Assembly (NCBI RefSeq): GCF_036321535.1
Contig: NC_087438.1
Location: forward strand, 6,140,001 to 6,204,000
DNA from: Camelus dromedarius
Lineage: Eukaryota
Length of the DNA stretch: 64,000 nucleotides
Direction: 5' to 3'
Shown: piece after piece, positions 14,120-26,934 of the stretch
How positions within the stretch are numbered: the stretch's first letter is position 1
How the letters are laid out: each line of letters starts with the position of its first letter
Made by a program: the position numbers and the translations under genes
The notes under the pieces: generated by a model
What the model was told of the DNA's origin: nothing
What the model saw: only the letters and a program-made list of their open reading frames with translations
The model's database searches: none

Positions 14120-14495
14120 TGTATTAGTCTGCTCAGGCTGCTGTAACAAAATGCCCCAGGCTGGGGGGCTTGACCAACAGTAATGTGTTTTCTCACAGCT
14201 CTGGAGGCCAGAAGTCCAAGATCAAGGTGCCTCCAGGGTCGGTTTGTGGTGAGGCAGGCAGCCAGCTTCTCTCTGTCTTCATATGGCCTTTCCTCCGTGT
14301 GTGCGGAAAGAGGGAGATCTCTGGTCTCTCTTCCTCTTCTTTTAAGGACACAAGTACTATGGGGTTAGGACCCCACTCTTATGACTTCTTTTAACCTTGA
14401 TTACCCACACATAGGCCCTATTCCCAAATATAGTCATCTTGGGGGTTACGATTTCAACATATGAATTTGGGAGAAATACAGTTCAGTCCATAGCA
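14120..14495 (-). mobile_element. MLT1A-like MaLR solo LTR
   Basis: TGTATTAGTCTGCTCAGGCTGC...TCTGGAGGCCAGAAGTCCAAGATCAAGGTG...TTCAGTCCATAGCA; 5-bp flanks ACCAC/ATCAC (TSD, 1 mismatch). Confidence 0.9.
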
Positions 14496-15600
14496 ATCAC
14501 CCTCAGACATAAAAAAAGGAACATATTAGAGATTCTGTTAACATTAGAGAGATGTGAGGTAATATTATGAACAGATTTATGCCAAAAATAGGCAACTGAT
14601 AAATAAGTAGATACACTTCTCCAAAGATACAAATTAAACTGACACAAAAAGAAGTAGAATATTTGAATAGTACTATATCTATTAAAGAATGGAAGTTGTA
14701 ACTAAAAGTCTTTTTACAATTGCACAGCATTTCCAGAATGGTCTTACTAGTGAATTCTAGCAAATATTTAAGAAAAAATACCAATATTACTCAATTTTTA
14801 AAAAATAAAAAGATAAAATATTTTATAAATCCTTTTATAAGGGCAGTATTGCTCAGTTCCAAAACCAAAGATAATGTAAGTAAAACTATGACTTTCAAAA
14901 ACATGTATGCAAAATTCATTACAAATGTTATTTAGCAAAACAAATACAGAAATATATAAAAAGCTTAATACATGATGGCCAAATGAAGCTATTCCCAGGA
15001 ATATGAAGTTGATTTAAAAATTGAAAATCAATTACTTAAATTCTTCATATTGAGAAAATATAAAAGAAAATCTATATAGTCTCTCAATAGAGGCAGAAAA
15101 ATAATTTTAAAAACTCCCTCAGAAAATGAGAGTTAAAGGGGAACTATTTCAACTTTAAAAAAGGTCATATAGAAACTATAACAACAAAAGACCCTTACAC
15201 CTACCATAATACAGAATTGTAAAAGAATAAATCCTCACTTTCTGAGTTTGGGAATAAGTTAAGTGTGTCTGCTCCCATCAGCTCTGTTAAACATTTTGTT
15301 GAAGATCCCAGACATTGAAATAATGCATTTTTAAAATGCAGAATGAAAAGGAGGAAATAAAATTGTCTTCATTCAGAGATGACATAGAATCATCACATGG
15401 AATAGCCTAAGAAATTTGCATAAAAGCTAGCAGAGTTATAAGTGATGATAGTGTGGAAACAGGATACAAAGTCAGCGTACAAAATAAATGTGTAATATAC
15501 AAAATAAGTTGTTACATATACAGAGAGATACAAATGAACAGTTGGAAAAAGAAATTAAAACAAAATCATACATAATTACATCAAAAACATGAAACAAGAA

Positions 15601-16231
15601 TCCTGAATATACGACCCAGGAATCCCGCTCCTGGGCATAAATCCAGAAGGAACCCTACTTCAGGATGACACCTGCACCCCAGTGTTCATAGCAGCACTAT
15701 TTACAATAGTACTATTTACAAGACATGGAAGCAGCCTAAACGTCCATCAACAGATGACTGGATAAAGAAGAGGTGGTATATTTATACAATGGAATACTAT
15801 TCAGCCATAAAACCAACCACATAATGCCATTTGCAGCAACATGGATGTCCCTGGAGAATGTCATTCTAAGTGAAGTAAGCCAGAAAGAGAAAGAAAAATA
15901 CCATATGAGATCGCTCATATGAGGAATCTGAAAAAAAAAAAAAGCATAAATACAAAACAGAAACAGACTCATAGACACAGAATACAAACTTGTGGTTGCC
16001 AAGGGGGCGGTGGATGGGAAGGGACAGACTGGGATTTCAAAATGTAGAACAGATCAACAAGATTATACTGTATAGCACAGGGAAATATATACAAGATCTT
16101 TTGGTAGCTCACAGTGAAAAAAATGTGACAATGAATATATATATGTTCATGTATAACTGAAAAATTGTGCTCTGCACTGGAATTTGACACAACATTGTAA
16201 ACTGACTGTAACGCAATAAAAAATGTTAAAA
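15601..16231 (+). mobile_element. Young camelid-type L1 3' fragment (L1_Vpa-like)
   Basis: ORF2 C-terminal segment GACCCAGGAATCCCGCTCCTGGGCATA, 3'UTR, AATAAA and A tail; perfect 18-bp TSD AAAAACATGAAACAAGAA at 15583-15600 and 16232-16249. Confidence 0.95.
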
Positions 16232-17172
16232 AAAAACATGAAACAAGAAAAATTGAATAAAAATGTTCAAGACCTGTACACTGAAGACTGTAAATCATTG
16301 CTGAGAGAATTTGAAGTCGGCCTATATAAATGAAAAGACACATTTTGTCACTGGATTGGAAAGCTCAACATTGTCCAAGTGTCTGTTCTTGAAATGACCT
16401 GTGGATTCAAGGTGATTCCAAATCAAATTCTAGCAGGCTTCTAGGGGAATTTGACACACTATTTCTAAAATGTATGTAAGAAATGCATATAAATTAGAAT
16501 AGTCCAAATAATTTTCAAAAAGGACTACCAAACTGGCCCCTTACACTGCTTTGTTTCAGGACTTATGACAGAGCTAAAAGGCATTACATGGGGATTAGGA
16601 GCACATGTGGCTTCGTTTTAGCCATGAGGCTGCAGGAATTGTGAACTTCTAAAATCATGATTCCTGAATTCACTATTCAGTCAGTGACAGATTAAGGGTC
16701 ATAGGAGGGCATCACTATAGTTGTGGCTCACCTCTGCCCCGGGTTATACCAAGAACAGTGGGGTGTGGGATCAGCACAGCCCCATTCAGAAGCCCTGAGA
16801 GCCTGGGACACTTGTGGGCTTCTAACAAATTAAACAGCCTTTAGCCTTATTTTGATCATCTCTTATACATGCCCTTTGGTGGTGGCGGGGGGCGGGGGTC
16901 GTCCTTTAAAATTTTTCTTAATTTTAAATAGTCTCCCTTTAAAATTGCAAAGCATGTTTAATGCCTATAAAACCAAAGGAAACCATAAAGGAAGAAACTA
17001 AGATGTGAGCACTGAATAATGAGGAGAAATGACTTAGTACTCTTTTTTTCAAGCCTTGAGCAGAGATACAGGAAAACCTGAGAGGGATGTTGAATGGATA
17101 TTAAGAAACTGGTTTGGATTTATCTGCAGCGATAGAAGTCAACATACCAGAAGGGTACAGAGTAGGATGGGG

Positions 17173-17787
17173 TGTTGGAGCAGGCAGATAGCTAGATATG
17201 AGCGGAGAAAAGGGGACATGGGCAAATGGCAGAGAACCATACATCTTGGAAACAACAGGGGTCCTGGGACAGACCAAGAGAAACAGAATCCTCTGGGACT
17301 AATAAAAAAACCATACCTTCTGGGTTGATAAGTGTCCTGGAGGCAGAAGGGCGGGACAGGACGGGAATCCCCATTTGAATGTAACATTTCAATCATTATG
17401 ACCTCTGTCCAAATGTAACCTTCTGCTTATGGTATCTCACCATCCAGATGTAACCTTTTGTTCATTGTGACCTCATCCAACTTTCCGATCAAGACTAAAT
17501 AAGGATGAAAATTCCCTCCTTCCCACCTGGGAAGCTGGAGCCGGGACGAAGATCAGGAAAGACGACCTCAAACCCCTCCCCACCAATGAATACTCTGCCC
17601 GTTCATTTTCACACTCGTGTAACGAGCTTGCTAAGGAAGTCTGGGCAGCCCCCCACCTGGGTCTGCCGGCTCTTTCCTGGAGAGCGTACTACCTACCCCT
17701 TAATAAATCCTTGCTTTGTTTTCTTAACCTCTGCATCTTTTCTCTGAATTCTTTCTGCGACAAGACAAGAACCTCTTGACCCCAACA
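17173..17787 (+). mobile_element. Solo LTR, ERV1 (gamma-like) class, 615 bp
   Basis: Terminal inverted repeat TGTTGG...CCAACA, 4-bp TSD GGGG (17169-17172, 17788-17791), AATAAA at 17702-17707, internal ~35-bp triplicated U3 repeat. Confidence 0.9.
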
Positions 17788-19384
17788 GGGGCACCTGGGG
17801 GCCTTCAGGGAGCTGGAAATGTTCTCTAGTCACATGACATGTACAGATGTAGAGTCAATAAAAGAGCACAACAGAAAGTTTGGGGACATTCATCTTGCTA
17901 GATCTTGCTGGCTGAGAGAAAATACAAAGTTAAGTTTGAAACTATTTTATTGTCCTATAAGAGTCCTTCTTCTTTTAAAGAAGTCTGAAACAAATTGGGG
18001 TCAGGAGAGGCAGCTTTGTTTTATCACACAGTTCAGTGGTCATGTGGGATCCAATTTAATGAGAAGAGAAATAAAATCACCCCCCATCCATGAAAGTCGC
18101 CCACCCCCAGGCCTGGAGCTAGGCTGAAAGGCATAGCGATGACCTGCCAACTTGACAAGCAGCATGCCCGCGAGCGGGCCGTGTTGGTCTTCATTTATGA
18201 CAGCTACACACTTCCCCACCGCAGAAGATGCCGCTTAACAGGGGCATCCCACATGCAGGTTGCATGTGCGGGCAGATTTTTATTTACCAGGATCGCTCTG
18301 GATCGTGGAACCACTCGGAGGCTAGTTCCCTCTCTAAGAATGGATACCCATCCATCTTCCACCTTTGACTGACGCTGCATTCAAAAGCATGTGCAAAGCA
18401 GCAGCAGCAAACCAGGACTGAAAGCTGAACTACTGAGGTTCCCTCCAGACAGGTGGGTTCATTTGTTCCCCTTACAAAGCAAGATAATAAAGGACTGACT
18501 AATTGGGCAGATCTGAACATGACTGCAGATTGTAATGGCTGACTCAGGAACAGACAGACCACTTCGCTGGTGTGGTGTAGAGAATGGAAGTCCTGGCTGT
18601 GTCAGCCAAAGGTCTTACAAGGAAGCAGGGTAAAACACTCTGAGCGAGCCATTTACAACCCATCAAGTAAGACAAGGAAGCCATACAGAGGAGGAAGCCA
18701 CAGTGACCCAGCACAGTAGAAAGTTATTTCTTGCTCCTTTAAAGTACAATGGATGTGATCAGCTTCTTGCAGGCATTCAGGAGTCCATGCCATTGAAATC
18801 TCCACCACGTGCAGCACATGAGTCCCTCGGTCACCTGCACTTGACAACCTCCCAGCTGATAGGGAGAGAAAGACTAGATAGTCTGTCTGGAAGGCATTAA
18901 GGGTCAGGGCTGGGAGAAGCAGAAATTCCATCGGCTCACATCCAATTTACTAGAAATCAGTGGTCCCATTCAGCTACAAAGGGGTCAGCAAAAATAGCTA
19001 CGTTATGCAAGAGATGCAGGAGTCTTTGCTGACCAGAGAGCTGTCTCCTCCACAGGCCCCAGAGTACTGTTTGAGATAGACTATTGATAGAGTAAGGTAC
19101 TTCCATGGATCCAAACCAGAAAATGCTTGCTCTGAACATCAAGATACTCAATAGAATTGGATTGGATTATTCAAAAATAACCTGCTAGAAAGATTTGTCT
19201 TTGGGATAAAAGAATTTCCACTTTTAGGGAAAAGCAATAAGCAAAATTCAATAGGATGTGAACATATATGTGGAGAAAAGGAATGGAGGCCAAAATTTCC
19301 TAATTAGGGAGAGCTCTTAATTAGGATATGATTAACTAAGTTCCCTACTGAGGTTTGTGAGCAGAAATTTTAGAACACATATAC

Positions 19385-19750
19385 CATTTATTTTTAAATA
19401 GCTGTCTTTTTGAAATGCGACATACAAAAATGGTACAAATGTGCACCTCAATGAATTTTCACAAGATGAACAATACAGGGAACCAGCACCCAGATCAAGA
19501 TGAAGAATGTGGCCAGCACCCCTCAGACCCCGTCGTCTGCCCTACGCCAGTCACAGTGCCGAAGGCAGCTGGCTGCTGTCCGAGGTTCTGCTGTCTCACA
19601 GCAGTTCTAGCTGATTTTGAACATTATATAAGAAGCATCAGATGGTATGTACACTTCAGTTTCTTTTTCTGAACACTGCGTTTGTGAGATTCACGCATAC
19701 TGCTGCATTTGGCAGTAGAGCACATGCGTTTTTTGTTGAATGATGTTCCA
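19385..19750 (-). mobile_element. L1MD/L1ME 3' end fragment
   Basis: CTCAATGAATTTTCACAA..CAGCACCCAGATCAAGA..CCAGCACCC pattern. Confidence 0.7.
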
Positions 19751-19929
19751 CTGCTACTTCTGAGGCTACCAGTTCCCAGCGGTTTGTGAACAGTCTCCTT
19801 TTTCTTTTACTCTAAACCTTTTCACTGAAATGTCCTCTCCAATTTCCACTCTCTCACACTCCACCTCAGCCTAGACCCCTCTGCTAATAATAACACTTGA
19901 TTTTATTGAAGTATAGAGCCTTGAGATGT

Positions 19930-20250
19930 GGAGACTAGTCAGTATAAGTTCCGTCTGCTGCATTCTCTAGCCTCTGCAGTTAGGTATGACCACATGACTG
20001 GATTTCAGCCAAGGCCAGGTGTGTCTGAGTGATGTCTGAGATGTAAGACATGGCTCAGGGGAACCTTTCTTATTTGATCCTTTATGTTTATCACCAAGCA
20101 TGGGGACCTTGAAAATCACTTGCTCAAGATGATGGAGTCACTCCTTGAAGGAGAGGCTTCTGTCAATCAGGAATACTAGTTATAGGATTTATATGAGATA
20201 TTATGCTTGAGATATTGTGTCTGTTTTTGTTTCTTTCAGCAGCTAGAACC
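19930..20250 (+). mobile_element. MLT1-type LTR fragment
   Basis: GCAGTTAGGTATGACCACATGACT...CAAGATGATGGAGTCAC. Confidence 0.5.
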
Positions 20251-20607
20251 ACCTGCACTTGTACACCTGCTGCAGGTGCACACAGCCAGCTGTCCATCGA
20301 TGTCTCCCCTGCAGGTTTCATAAGCTCCTCAAGTCTGGCAGGGCCAGAATTGAATCTATTTATTCTTCTCCACCCCAAATCCATTCCGCTTTCTCCATTC
20401 CATGTCCACAATCCACCACACACTTGGAAGTCAGCCTGGAACCACCACAACCCCAGAGCAATCCATCCCACCATCTTTATGGGTTCTTCCTCCCATGTAT
20501 CTCTCATCTCCACCTCCTTCTCTCATTCCTCAGCATCATTGCCTAGTTTGAGTTCATGTCATCTCTCACCTGAACCTCCTTGTTATTCCTGCCTTCTGAT
20601 TACTCTC

Positions 20608-20799
20608 TGTATAGATCAAGACTCTCCTGAGAAACAGAACAAACACGATATATAAATGTATAAGAGGAGATTATGAGAATTGGCTTACATGATTATGGAG
20701 GATGAGATATGCCAAAATATGCCACATGCAAGCTGGAGAACAAGGAAAACCATTGTTGTAATTCAGTCTAAGGCCAAAGGTTTGAGGGGCATGTGTGTG

Positions 20800-20836
<37 letters not shown>

Positions 20837-21136
20837 CAGGGCAGTGGGGGTGGGAGGAGTGCTGGTGCAAGTCCCAGAGTCTGAAGGCCTGAGGACCAGG
20901 AATTTTGATTCCAAGGGCAGGGTAAAACTGATGTCCCAGCTCAAGAGCAGAGGGACAGTTTGTCCTTCCTCCATATTTTTGTTCTATTTGGGTCCTTCAG
21001 GGGATTAGATGAGACCCACCCACGTTGGTGAGGGTGGATCTTCCTGAGACACCCTCACAGACACACCCACAACTGCTCTACCAGCTGTCTGGGCATCCCT
21101 TGGCTCTCAAGTTGACATATAAAATTAATCATCACA
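20608..21136 (-). mobile_element. MLT2B-like ERV-L solo LTR with embedded (TG)n at ~20790-20834
   Basis: GAATTGGCTTACATGATTATGGAGG..GCAAGCTGGAGA..; end AAGTTGACATATAAAATTAATCATCACA is the reverse complement of the MLT2 start. Confidence 0.9.
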
Positions 21137-21999
21137 CTGTTTGTCAGAATATTTTTCCTATAATAAAAACCATTAAAATCATTCCAAACTTCAAAGTCCC
21201 TCAATGATCCTTAATTTAAAAAAAAAAAAGCTAAATATATAAGGCTTTTTAGGATCTATGATAATCCTCCAGGCTCATCTGACAATTTCCCCAGCCACTC
21301 CACTACGAATGCCCTCCATGCCTACGCAATGGCCCCATCCTGTGCTCACCTGTGCTAACGGACTTCCTCTGACATGTCAGGATGTGCATTGCCCGGAGAC
21401 TTTCCTTAGCCCATGCTCTCTGCCTGGAACACCCAGTATCATTTTGTGAATTTCTGGGGAATCTGTCTACTCAGAGCTGCCCATTGCCATGGTCTCCCTT
21501 CCCTAGAGGAGTGCTAGGGTTATTCAAATCGTCTGTTTCCTATAGCAAAAGCAATTTCTCTCTCTCTCTCTATTCTCTTTTCCTTGCCATATCCACTTTC
21601 CCAAGACCTCTGATCCTCAGTCCCCTCCAGCTTCACCTCCCTTTGGATTCCTGTCCAAGCCATTTAAGCCACTCTTCCAAAGGCGAGGTTTCATCTTCCT
21701 TCATTAACAACTCATTTCACAGCAACCTGGCTTCCATGAGTCCTCCATGCTCAGATGTTTCCTTCAATTTCTTATCCCCACTGCTTCTCATCTCCTTTAG
21801 CCACGGCATCGAAGACTTTAATTCCATCCTGACCTCAATTCCCCCCACATTGTTTGAGCTTTCTCTGGATTTGTTTGGAACTCTCGCTAAAGCTTCACTT
21901 CCTTGGCTGGCCCCTCACTCAAAGGCTGTCTCACAAGCCCTGTTCCTGACTCTTCAGGCTTCTGGTTTACACTCTTTGCCTGGAACTCCTCATGCAGTT

Positions 22000-22875
22000 C
22001 CCAGTGGTGTCTGATAGCTCCTGGGTGACAAGGATTGACCACAGCTCTCCTCTGGACTCCGGACCCATCTGAATTTCCACGGGTGCCTCAAACTGAGCAC
22101 ATCCCAGTGAACCCCACTTCCTCTACCTGCAAATGTCCTTCTCCACTTTCCACTCAGCCCTCAGGCAGTAAAGCTTAAGACTTCCTCAGTCTTTCTCCCT
22201 TCCCTCCTCCAAATTCCTCTACCTCCAGAATCTGTCTTGTGTCTTTCCACCTCCGTTCCTCACATAAGAGTTTCTGCCCTGATCACCTCTCTCCCCGCTA
22301 CTACTTTTGCTTCCCTTCAACTTCCAAACAGCTGCCAGAAACTTCTTTCTGAAATGAAATAATTGGAGACATTGTCATTCTGCCTAAAATGCCCTGGTGG
22401 CTCTTCATCGAGTGCAGAGTATCATATGGGGAATATTAAAGTGGCCTGGGGTCTCCAGCCTAATAGTATTACCGGTAAGTGAACCCTGTCGTCAGCTGCT
22501 TTCTTGCTCTGCGCTCTCCACGTGTCCTACCCTGGAGGCCTCACGATATTTCGCCATCATCTGAGCATACTGTGTGCCTCTTCATATACCATTCTGTTTT
22601 GAAAAGTCTTTAAATAAAATCCTCTTAAATCTCAAGCTGCTTTTAGGCCCATCTCAGATACCTCCTGTGATGCCTTTTTATCCATCATTTCTTTGTATAA
22701 CTTAGCACTTAATTAACATCCTTCTTAGATTTTCTTACCATGACATACATGCCTATTTTTCCTTCTAGAATATGATCTCTTCAAAACTAAGGACACCAAG
22801 ATAGTCACCATTATATCCCCGGACCTAGCAAAATGCCTAGAATCTGATAAATTTTTGATAAACATTTGGTTTATG
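22000..22875 (+). mobile_element. L2 3' region (fragments also at ~20300-20590 and ~21140-21450)
   Basis: Pyrimidine-rich; CAGCTGCCAGAAACTTCTTTCTGAAATG; ends ACCTAGCAAAATGCCTAG..ATAAACATTTG like an L2 tail. Confidence 0.65.
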
Positions 22876-24110
22876 TCCCTGTTAGGCATTTACATTTTAT
22901 TTTGCGTTACATTTCCACGTTGGAATTGTGACACTACTAAAGCAAAGGCAGGGAAAGTGGTATGACGTCATTATTAACCTGGAAAAAAATGTTCTTTTTT
23001 GCAAATTTATTAAAATTTGCATTGTTATTTTTTCGAGGGCCTCCTTTGTTCACAGATGCGTTAAGGGTAGTGTTCAGCACAGCATGCCTAACTACTGTGA
23101 GCTCTGAGCTAATGGACTCTGAATGATATTTTAGAACGTGAAGTACTTCCTCTCCTGGAACAACATGATTGACATATTAATAGCATACATACAGCATTTA
23201 ATGTTGAGGTTTTGAGACAATTTAATCACTTTAACTATCTAGTAACTTAAACTATAGAAAAGCAGTGGCATTGGTAACAGGAATCCTAAATATGATTTTG
23301 TGTACTTTAAATCCTAAGGTGTTATCTTCACCAAGATGGGGGAAATTCATGACACATATAATGATAACGAAGATTAAACAGTAGTGAAAAAAAAAAAAAA
23401 AGAAAAGAAAAAGAAAAAACACTGATGGTTAATTGTATCAGATTCATGAGAAAACCAGCTGGATACTCTCCATGACTAAAAGTCTAGAGAAAATGTAATA
23501 TATATAGGAACAGTCAATAGTTGAGTGCATCTCAGGCTATCAACGAAAACATAAACTCTTAATCATAGGAGAATTCAGAGGCAGTTTCTATACCAATACA
23601 AGGAGAGCAAGGGAACCAAAATGGGTCACCAGACCTAAACCTGACAAGGTGTTCAAGGGAGGGTATGAACTTCCCTTTCCTGGAAACCGCCAGCACTTAC
23701 TCTGTGTTGTGTACATACGAAACTGGAATTTAACAAGGGCTTGAACTAGAAATACCAAACAGTCAGCTCCTGGAGAACCAGCATTATAAAGAACAGAGCT
23801 TCATTACATCATCTTGTTTCTCCAACAAAAATATAACCCTTTGAAAAGAAAAAAAGACAAAAATGATCCATGCTGAGCTCTTCTACATATTTTCTTTTGT
23901 CACCCTGCATATTTTTTTTTTTTTTTTGCCAGCTTCAATCTTTATGAAGTCATCTTTGCTTCCCAATCTGGTGCATGAGCGTGGCTATCTACCAAGGTAA
24001 ACACTGATGCTGTTGTTATGCTGTTGATTCTGTAACTTAGGAGGATATCCAGACGAACTATTTCTCCTTCCTGTGACCTGGTGCAGAAGGGCGTGTCCTG
24101 CCTGGAAAAT

Positions 24111-24234
24111 CTATGAAATGAGCTGAGTATTGTATCTTTCATTGCTCTTCAAACAGTCCTTGATCCGTAACAGTCCTTTGCCGCTTCCTGAAGGAAAATC
24201 AGCCCTTCCAAATGTTCCCAGGCCACAGAGTTGC
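24111..24234 (-). other. Candidate (terminal?) exon 5' part
   Basis: Strong acceptor ttctttccttctgcgtgttgctctgctacag|G; unique sequence downstream to an AATAAA (TTTATT 23006-23011 on +). Confidence 0.3.
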
Positions 24235-25129
24235 CTGTAGCAGAGCAACACGCAGAAGGAAAGAACAGTTTCGCACATTAGAAGGGGTATATATATTTCT
24301 TTACTTCCATTCATAAATATAATAGTTTTTATCTTAATAACTGAGTTTACTTGGGTAATTCGTTTTCAAAGAGACTGCTTTAAGTCACGTTTTAGTTGAC
24401 CTTGAGCGTGTTTGTTTGTTTCCTTTTAAGACTGAAGAGTATTCTGCATTATTTTCATTAAAGAGTTACTATGATTTTCTGTAACAAATGTTCACAATGG
24501 CTTCCTCCCATGAGCAGGTGGTTCAGCATCTTTATCATCCTACTGCCCTGCTTCCTTCCCCTCGGGCCACTGCTAAGGCTTCTTAGGGGATTTCCTGACA
24601 TCAGTTGGCTATGAAAATAAAGATTCAAGCCTGATTTACAAATGGATCTGCATAGCAAGAAAATCAACAGCTATAGTATTACCATCCCACTTGGAAAGCT
24701 TTCTTTCCCAACTGTCCTTCAAGGTCACCTCTGAGTGTTGGGGCAGACCCCTTCTCCCTTTCAGCCTCTGCCCAGCGCAGCCGACCTAGATGTCCGGCAG
24801 CTCTGAGACCTGGGCATCTTCAGTGTTCTCATGAAGCTGGGGCAGCAGCAGGGTCCTCCAGGGGCTTCAGATTCAGAGTCCATGGGTCAGCTGGAACTTC
24901 CCCACAGAGGAAGATGAAGGGGCAGACTTGTGTGTTTGTGAGGACACATAGGGCATCCGCTAAGAGCTTCCAGAAATAACTCGGGGGAAAGGACTGAGCT
25001 CCTTCCCTGGCAGTTCCCACTATGTCTTGGTGGAGGTGGTTTACACCATTTTTACAGCATGTTTCACTTTCTCCTAATTAAATACATTCATTTTTTAGCA
25101 TCCTTCACAATTCCAGAAGGATTTCACTC

Positions 25130-25580
25130 CAAAAACTGATAAAAATGTTTAAAGAAGATGATTCCCCTAGCACTGGTGAAGGTACCTGGAAACAAGGTGG
25201 AAATACATATCAGGATAACTTTTCCAAAGAACAATTTAAAGATCAAATCAAAAACCTCAAATATGTGCCTAACTTTGACCCAGTAACTTCTTTTACAGGA
25301 AATGTCTTAAGACATACTTGCAAAGATAGTCATCTCAGCCCTGTCTGTAATAATGACACTTGGAAATGACCTAAATTCCCACAAACAGAGATTGTGCGAT
25401 CTTGACACAGAAATTATGGAGTCACTTAACATGACGGAGAAAACACCTAACAGCTTTTTGCATGAAACATATTCATGTGCAGTGGAGAGAAGAAAAACAG
25501 GTTAAAGAGTATTTAGCTCCATATTTGTAAAATAATATATATAGATGTATAAATACCTGAAATGCAAGCATCTCACTGGA
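25130..25580 (+). mobile_element. Old L1ME 3' remnant
   Basis: CTTTGACCCAGTAACTTC..AGGAA, TGGAAATGACCTAAAT.CCC. Confidence 0.55.
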
Positions 25581-25589
25581 ATAGACACG

Positions 25590-26520
25590 TTCTGGTGATG
25601 GACTTGCCTTGCCAGCATCACCATCTGTAGACTCACAGGATCCTTATCTATCATCTTGTTATTCAGCACAACAATGCTTTTGATCAGGAACTCACTTCAC
25701 ATCAGTAAGGGCAGCCTTGGGCTTATATCCATGGAATGAATGGTTGTTATCACATATCCCCTCACCTGGAAGCAGACGGCCTGAATAAATGGTGGGATGG
25801 TTTACTGGGGACTCAGTTATAGCACCAGTTTGAACACAAGACCCTCAGAGAAGGTATTCGGTCTTACGGGTGCAGTTTATTCTTTGAATCAGAGACGACT
25901 CTAGGGTGCTTTCTCCCCCGTAGCCAGAATGCCGAAGCCTGGGGATCAATGGTTGAAAGCTGGTATGTCTTTTCTCAATATTATTCTTAACAGGCAATAC
26001 ACAAGTTTTGCTTTCTGTTCCAGACACATTGAACTTTACTGGTTTGAGGTCTTATTTCACAAAGGGTAGTGTTTGCATGAGGGGATTCAACACTGGCTCA
26101 CTGAACTGGAAGACGAGACTACCATCAGGACATTGTGGTCTTCTTATGTCATTAGGCCAACAGAGGGAAAGGGGCTGTTCCACTGGCTAGAGTGATGGGT
26201 CCTCGTTACCACTGAGAAATGTCATCACCACACAGTGGCAGGCAGAGAAGACCCTCTCTGGAGCCCCTAGGAATTCTCGGGGCTAACGCTCAGTGCACTC
26301 CTGCCCAATGGTAAAAGTTAATGAAAGACTACAGTAATCAAAACAGTAGAACTCTTGAGTATCAGTGCTTTACAGGAAAGAACATTTGAGCTACTCTGAT
26401 AGATACGGAACCCTGAGCAGCTTAGGTTATGGCTGAGGGCAAGAGAAATGTGGAATGTTAGTGGAAGGAAAAGCTAGAGACAACGACAGTCTTGCAACCA
26501 AATTTTAAAATAGGAGTTAT
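25590..26520 (+). mobile_element. ERV-L internal fragment: degraded integrase C-terminal half and dUTPase
   Basis: Frameshifted DQ(G)THFT at ~25678-25701; WAYIHGMNGCYHISPHLEADGLNKWWDGLL at 25718-25807 (cf. ERV-L WAHAHGIHWSYHVPHHPEAAGLIERWNGLL); LNWKTRLPSGHCGLLM in ORF 26008-26190 (cf. dUTPase LNWKLRLPPGHFGLL). Confidence 0.85.
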
Positions 26521-26934
26521 GTATTTGCCTGTTTTTTCATATGTGACATACATTTATGCTATTTGTAGGTATTAAATATTTTGTTTTTCTCTCTTCTTTC
26601 CATAGTTATTTGATGGAAAAGTTATTGGTGGTAATTCACAATAAATCTTTAGTTGTTGTTTTGGGAGAGAAAAGAGTGGGCACAAACACGTCCTCTTCAA
26701 CAAGTTTTGAGTCTCAGCCTTGGGGTTTGGGTAGACAGACTCTTCCAAGTAAACTCTTTCTTTAGGTGTTTCCCTCAGCCCTGGAGTTAGTGGTTGCTGT
26801 TTATATCTCTTATTCTCGTATTCCTAAAAATTCTCTTTACTCCTCTTAGTAGTGAGTGCAATTTGAATATTCCTTTTTGGGATGGATGCAAAAGCATGGC
26901 ATGTGTGAAGATAAAGAGGCATAAAAGCAGTAAG

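Larger units (their letters stand above)
12700..16600 (+). mobile_element. Long, old L1M remnant (ORF1/ORF2 debris) interrupted by Charlie1b, MLT1A and a young L1
   Basis: A-rich degenerate L1 ORF2 motifs (AAACTGACACAAAAAGAAGTAGAA, CTCTCAATAGAGGCAGAAAA, AAAATTGTC.TCATTCAGAGATGACAT, CAAGACCTGTACACTGAA). Confidence 0.8.

Noticed and set aside
19298..19326. Short inverted repeat TCCTAATTA..TAATTAGGA as a pre-miRNA
   Set aside because: Stem far too short for a miRNA hairpin
21382..22014. Longest ORF (210 aa, S/L/P-rich)
   Set aside because: Pyrimidine-rich strand among L2 debris, no domain or splice context; stop scarcity is compositional
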